Shown here: piece by piece, positions 59,490 to 64,000 of the stretch
Position numbering within the stretch: the first letter of the stretch is position 1
How the letters are laid out: every line of letters starts with the position of its first letter
Origin: a virus
Taxonomy: Duplodnaviria; Caudoviricetes
Length of the DNA stretch: 64,000 bases
IMG/VR virus record: IMGVR_UViG_3300033463_000005
Location: 128,001 to 192,000 of that record
Strand: one strand, 5' to 3'
The notes under the pieces: generated by a model
What the model was told of the DNA's origin: nothing
The model's input: only the letters and a program-made list of their open reading frames with translations
The model's database searches: none
Translations under genes and position numbers: made by a program

Positions 59490-60872
59490 ATGAAAGCAGA
59501 AAGAATCAATTTAACAACAGAATTCTTGGCTGATATCGCAACGCATAATGGTTTTCTCATTGAAAAAGAAGACCATTATGCACCAACCAATATCGATGTA
59601 TTGGTCGATTCATCAAAATTTACAGATTGTGAATATCGTTGCGATTGTGGTGCATTCATCGGTCAAGATCTCATTGGACAAGTTTGTCCAAAATGTCATT
59701 CCGAAATTTCCCTCCATTCTTTGAATTTTGCATATACCGGCTGGATTGATTTGAAGGGGCATAAAGTCATCACACCGGTATATTACATTATGCTGAAACG
59801 CGTTCTGGGAACGAACATGCTGCGGTTCATTCTTGGTGATTACAAATCAAAATTGAGCATTCAGTATAATGAGAATGATAAGGGGATGGAAGAAGAGAAG
59901 AAAGCAAAACGTGCGGGAAGAGTTTCCCAAGACGACATCCGTTATATCATCAAAAAGATTCCAAAGACAAAACTGTGCTATCAGGGAATTGGTCACGATC
60001 AATTCTATGAACGATTTGAAGAGATCTTGACATCATGTGCACCGAAGAACAATGAAGAAGTTGAGATTCTGTTAAAGAATAAGGAGTCTGTATTCACTTC
60101 ATACATACCACTGTATTCAACCGCATTCCGTCCTGTATCAAAGACATCAGAAACAAAGTTCTATCCGAAAATCAACAAATGGTTTTCGATGATGGTTTCT
60201 GTGTCATGTCGTATGGAAAACATGGTATTGGATATTGAACGCATGCAAGCGTTGAATTATATCCAGAAATGTTGGTTGGATGCCGTTGAACATCTGATCA
60301 AAAATGAAATTTCCAAGAAGGAAGGTTTTGTCCGTTCTGAAATTGTTGGTGGTGGTTTCTCATTCTCCGGACGTGCTGTCATTACACTCGATATTTCATT
60401 GAATGTTGATGAAATCGATCTACCGTATTCCATGGTAGTAACAGCATATCAGTATCGTTTAACATATATGCTGGCAACGCGTTATAATATGACACTGGAA
60501 CAAGCGTATCTGTTTGTCAATACTTATGAAAAGAATGACATCATCATTTCATTGCTGGATGAAATCATTGCAGAAGGACAATGGGTGGTGTATCTTCGTG
60601 AACCGACAAACAACCTTGCGTCAATTGTTTTGGCAAAGATTCGTCGGTATAAAATCGGTGATGACACTATGTCTGTCCCGCTTGAAGTTCTTGGTGGTTT
60701 GAACGCGGATTTCGACGGTGATGCTTTGGACATCTGGTTCCTGATCGATAAACAACTCGTTCAGAAATTCGAAGCATTTCATTACTCATGTCTCACAGAT
60801 CGTGTGGATGAAAGTGTAAAACTAGACATCCTTTCATGGTCTGATGTTGCATTGGGTAGAATGACAGAGTGA
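59490..60872 (+). CDS. rpoC: Multisubunit RNA polymerase beta' subunit, N-terminal/catalytic part (probably non-virion)
   Basis: Zn finger YRCDCG...CPKC, GWIDL, SGRAVI, LREPT and catalytic LNADFDGD. Confidence 0.92.
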   Translation: MKAERINLTTEFLADIATHNGFLIEKEDHYAPTNIDVLVDSSKFTDCEYRCDCGAFIGQDLIGQVCPKCHSEISLHSLNFAYTGWIDLKGHKVITPVYYIMLKRVLGTNMLRFILGDYKSKLSIQYNENDKGMEEEKKAKRAGRVSQDDIRYIIKKIPKTKLCYQGIGHDQFYERFEEILTSCAPKNNEEVEILLKNKESVFTSYIPLYSTAFRPVSKTSETKFYPKINKWFSMMVSVSCRMENMVLDIERMQALNYIQKCWLDAVEHLIKNEISKKEGFVRSEIVGGGFSFSGRAVITLDISLNVDEIDLPYSMVVTAYQYRLTYMLATRYNMTLEQAYLFVNTYEKNDIIISLLDEIIAEGQWVVYLREPTNNLASIVLAKIRRYKIGDDTMSVPLEVLGGLNADFDGDALDIWFLIDKQLVQKFEAFHYSCLTDRVDESVKLDILSWSDVALGRMTE

Positions 60873-60887
60873 ACGTGTCGATTACAT

Positions 60888-60915
60888 GATGGGGTGGGAA
60901 TATTCCCACCCCATA
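60888..60915 (+). terminator. Palindromic terminator candidate
   Basis: ATGGGGTGGGAATATTCCCACCCCAT. Confidence 0.6.
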
Positions 60916-60988
60916 TAATATTTTTTAGATGTTCATGATAGATATATCGTTCAATTGATATGTGACGGATATATCGACGAATATTCGG

Positions 60989-61000
60989 AACAAAATCATA
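60989..61000 (+). promoter_or_regulatory. Putative AACA-N6-TA promoter
   Basis: AACAAAATCATA upstream of the recA-like gene. Confidence 0.5.
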
Positions 61001-61025
61001 CTAACTTTCAAAGGAGTGTTTTCGT

Positions 61026-62378
61026 ATGCCTCAACCGAAGAAAAAACAAACACCACTGGAAGAAGATCTGTCAAAGTTAAACTTCATGACAATCATCGCG
61101 GATGGTGGTAACTCTCGGGTATTCTCAAAGAATACATTGGTTGATTATTCCTATCCGACCGGTATTCCAATTATTGATTACGCGTTAGGATATGAAGTCA
61201 ACGTATTTGATGGGGATAGGTTCATAAAGAAACGTGTCTGTTTGGGATTACAAGCAGGATCATTCAATGTTGTAACTGGTAGAACACAGTCTTACAAAAC
61301 AACAATCTGTATTCAGATGATTGCAAACATTGCAGTCAAGAATGGTGGAAATATCGTTCATTATGATGCAGAGCAGAGATTGGTTCTTCAACGTGCAAAG
61401 ACATTATCGAAACTTCCGTCGGATTGGTTCTCCGGAGACTACCCAAGATATTCATTGCGTTCTGGTGCAATTGGTTTTGATACATTACAAAATGACATTG
61501 CGGAAATATATGCAAACAAAATGAGAAATCGTCAATACTTGATAAAAGATACCGGTGAAGTGGATGATCAGAATCGTCCGATCAAGCTGATGCCACCAAC
61601 AGTTGTATTTCTGGATTCTTTGCAAGATGTCATTGAAAAAGAATATAATGCGGATGATAAGAAATGGGTTGAAGATTCCAAAGAATTACGCGGTAATATG
61701 TATGGAGCACAATCCGCAAAAACGATTCGTGGATTGTTGACTGATATTCTGCCAATGTTGAAAGAAGCAAATATCATATTGATTGCGATTGCACATAAAA
61801 CAGCAAACATGTCATTGAATCCATTTGCCGGTGTTAAGAAACAATTCCAGTATGGTGCAAATGATGAACGTATTTCCGGCGGTTCTGCTGTTGAATTTAA
61901 TGCTTCCGCTGTATTGAATCTGTCTGGTCAAGTATCAGAAGATTCTCGTTTCCATGAATCGAGTGATGGTTTCGAAGGAAATACTGTTTTGTTTGAACCG
62001 ACGAAATGTTCGACCAATGAATCTGGTAATGTAAAGACAGGTCTTGGATTCGACATCATTATCGATAAACGTCGTGAAGGTGTTGACAATATTCGAACAT
62101 TGATTGAATACTTGAGAAAAAAGGGAAGACTCAAAGGAAACAAAGCCGGATATCGCGTAATTGATGCAACCGGTGAACCAATCTCCGAAAAGTTCACATG
62201 GAAGAATTGTTATGAGGATTTCAAGAACGATGTGAAAACATATAAAGTATTTATGGTTACTGCAAAAGAAGAATTGGAGAAGTTGATTTCCCGCGCACCT
62301 GTTGATGTGATGGGTACAATTAAGCCATTTGACATTGATGATATTATCAATGATTTATCAAATGATAACGCTGCATAA
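61026..62378 (+). CDS. recA: RecA/UvsX-like recombinase
   Basis: PTGIPIIDYALG, Walker A GRTQSYKTT, YDAE, Walker B VFLDSL, SGGSAVEF. Confidence 0.85.
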   Translation: MPQPKKKQTPLEEDLSKLNFMTIIADGGNSRVFSKNTLVDYSYPTGIPIIDYALGYEVNVFDGDRFIKKRVCLGLQAGSFNVVTGRTQSYKTTICIQMIANIAVKNGGNIVHYDAEQRLVLQRAKTLSKLPSDWFSGDYPRYSLRSGAIGFDTLQNDIAEIYANKMRNRQYLIKDTGEVDDQNRPIKLMPPTVVFLDSLQDVIEKEYNADDKKWVEDSKELRGNMYGAQSAKTIRGLLTDILPMLKEANIILIAIAHKTANMSLNPFAGVKKQFQYGANDERISGGSAVEFNASAVLNLSGQVSEDSRFHESSDGFEGNTVLFEPTKCSTNESGNVKTGLGFDIIIDKRREGVDNIRTLIEYLRKKGRLKGNKAGYRVIDATGEPISEKFTWKNCYEDFKNDVKTYKVFMVTAKEELEKLISRAPVDVMGTIKPFDIDDIINDLSNDNAA

Positions 62379-62388
62379 ACAAAAAAAG

Positions 62389-62416
62389 AATGAGCGGGGT
62401 TCAACCCCGCTCATTT
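62389..62416. terminator. Bidirectional terminator
   Basis: AATGAGCGGGGTT-C-AACCCCGCTCATT. Confidence 0.7.
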
Positions 62417-62772
62417 CAACCCCATACAATCTGTTCTTCATAGAACATATCGAGCTGTATTTTTAATTTCACAAAGAAATCGCGAAGATCATCTTTTGTG
62501 AAATCACTTCTATTGCATGTATTCGTCCTACCGAGATGGTACAGTTTGTACCAGTTAATCTGGACACCAGATGGAAGATGAATGATATACACCTCCTCAT
62601 TATGATCAATGATGATTGCGAAATTCTCAATCAAACGATCACGAGAATTTGCAACGTCTGCAATTTTTAGCAGATAGCGTTCATAATCAGTACCGAATGC
62701 TTCTGCAAATGCTTCCGTGAAATCCTCACGGGAAAAGAAATACATGTGTAACTCTTTCATTTTTTCAGACAT
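62416..62772 (-). CDS. Hypothetical protein (putative early)
   Basis: AAAGGTGG RBS; downstream of a promoter motif. Confidence 0.7.
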   Translation of the reverse strand: MSEKMKELHMYFFSREDFTEAFAEAFGTDYERYLLKIADVANSRDRLIENFAIIIDHNEEVYIIHLPSGVQINWYKLYHLGRTNTCNRSDFTKDDLRDFFVKLKIQLDMFYEEQIVWG

Positions 62773-62797
62773 ATTTGTTCCACCTTTCAATCATAAT

Positions 62798-62837
62798 GTG
62801 AATATACATTCATATATTCACTATAATAATATATATT
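62798..62837 (-). promoter_or_regulatory. Putative early promoter plus leader hairpin
   Basis: AATATATATTATTATAGTG, then GTGAATATAT-GA-ATGTATATTCAC. Confidence 0.6.
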
Positions 62838-62880
62838 TATAATAAAAAATAAAGAAGGGGACCCGAAGGTCCCCTTATTA

Positions 62881-63582
62881 TTATAATGACATGTAAGTAT
62901 CTCGGATAACATCCATGACATCCTCGAAAGTTTCCGAGATATCTTCCGGGATATTATCAGATCCTTCATAAAACACAGAATCAGTTGCTCTTTCGAGAAT
63001 CCATTCAGACATACCGGTTTCAGGGTTTTCGACAGCCGTTTCTTTCAGGATCTCGGAGTCGTTTCTCAGGTCTTGTTCTTCAGCAAACGTAAGGCCTCTG
63101 TATTCCTTAAACTTTTTCATGTACAATCTAAACCGATTTATTGGTTCATATGTAACGGAATCATCCGACGTTTTTGTCGGAATTGTCACCATGATTTGCA
63201 AACCAAGAGGCATCGTCTCTATATTTTTCCGAACATAGTCTTCTACAAATCGTTCATTACGCGCTGGGACTGAGCGATAGAGCTTATGAATTACGATTAC
63301 CACTCGACCGAATTTATCTTCAAACTGGTCTTCGCCCTCACCGAATGTGAATGTTTGTTCACCAAGATGAAGTTCCATAGAAGCAATGTCTCTTGCTTCG
63401 TTTCTATCATAGAACTCGTCATCTTCGTTATAAAACTCTGAATCCGAGTCCTCGAACTTCGAGCCGGCAGCATTCTCCATTCTATTGCACATCCTAGCAA
63501 ACCAGTATGCAGTTTCCTCAAGCATGTCTGCCTGAATTTTCAGTTTGCCCATTTCCTCTTTCAGGATATTCGTAAAGATCAT
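62881..63582 (-). CDS. Hypothetical acidic protein
   Basis: AGGAGG RBS; 233 aa. Confidence 0.7.
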   Translation of the reverse strand: MIFTNILKEEMGKLKIQADMLEETAYWFARMCNRMENAAGSKFEDSDSEFYNEDDEFYDRNEARDIASMELHLGEQTFTFGEGEDQFEDKFGRVVIVIHKLYRSVPARNERFVEDYVRKNIETMPLGLQIMVTIPTKTSDDSVTYEPINRFRLYMKKFKEYRGLTFAEEQDLRNDSEILKETAVENPETGMSEWILERATDSVFYEGSDNIPEDISETFEDVMDVIRDTYMSL

Positions 63583-63632
63583 TTTAATTTCCTCCTAAAT
63601 AAATAATATTAATGGGGTGCATATGTGCCCCA

Positions 63633-63998
63633 TTATTTACCAATTTGAATGTCATATGGTTTTCCAAACCCACGCTGTTTATAATTCACCTCATCCGTTA
63701 ATTGCAATTCTTTCCAGATGCTTTCTGGGATTTCAAATGTAATTAATTCTGATTTGGATGAATTATGTTGGATACCAGATACCTCATATGTGATGTAACG
63801 ACGTGATTCTCGTTCATCACCAACCCCATCATTTCGATTTGATTTTTTCAATTCATATTCTGCATAATATGGATTTTTATCAAATCCTCCTGCTGTGACT
63901 TTATGGGTATCCTTCCATTTGTTAATATCATACTCATACCAGGTGTCGTATATATCAACAGAACTGTTACCGTGTTTTTCTGTCCTTCGTTTCTTGGA
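63633..63998 (-). CDS. Hypothetical protein, 5'-partial
   Basis: Frame stays open to the window edge (…IYDTWYEYDINKW…). Confidence 0.6.
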   Translation of the reverse strand, partial: SKKRRTEKHGNSSVDIYDTWYEYDINKWKDTHKVTAGGFDKNPYYAEYELKKSNRNDGVGDERESRRYITYEVSGIQHNSSKSELITFEIPESIWKELQLTDEVNYKQRGFGKPYDIQIGK

Positions 63999-64000
63999 AT

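Noticed and set aside
1-64000. Stop-codon reassignment
   Set aside because: Standard-code ORFs are long and densely tiled; TAA and TGA are common stops and TAG ends the gene at 8233 just before a terminator.

Overview
A 64-kb AT-rich segment of a jumbo phage of the phiKZ/AR9(PBS1)-like type, probably infecting a Firmicute (inferred from the amidase endolysin, holin, SleB-like hydrolase and GGAGG ribosome-binding sites). Core machinery: three split multisubunit RNA polymerase subunits (beta; beta' N-part with NADFDGD; beta' C-part), a likely sigma-like subunit, a family B DNA polymerase split into two genes about 50 kb apart, a type IIA topoisomerase A subunit, an SF2 helicase, a RecA-like recombinase and a DHH phosphoesterase. 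A minus-strand tail/virion block spans about 18-53 kb and is interrupted by short self-contained cassettes, each with its own promoter and terminator. Highlights: (1) a diversity-generating retroelement whose TR+RT is inverted relative to its tail-fibre target (114-nt TR/VR pair, 23 mismatches, all at TR adenines), with no avd in the window and a second, orphan VR-like tail-fibre tip; (2) a standalone, highly structured ~560-nt non-coding transcription unit at 17383-17949; (3) an intein inserted at the zinc-ligand Cys of the endolysin; (4) two phage promoter motifs (TATATTATT-type and AAC[A/G]-N6-TA); (5) repeated hydrophobic-Q-E candidate prohead-protease sites in internal virion proteins, one carrying a YwqG/DUF1963 domain. 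No tRNA, rRNA or CRISPR array was recognised. All calls come from reading motifs by eye; no database searches were run.
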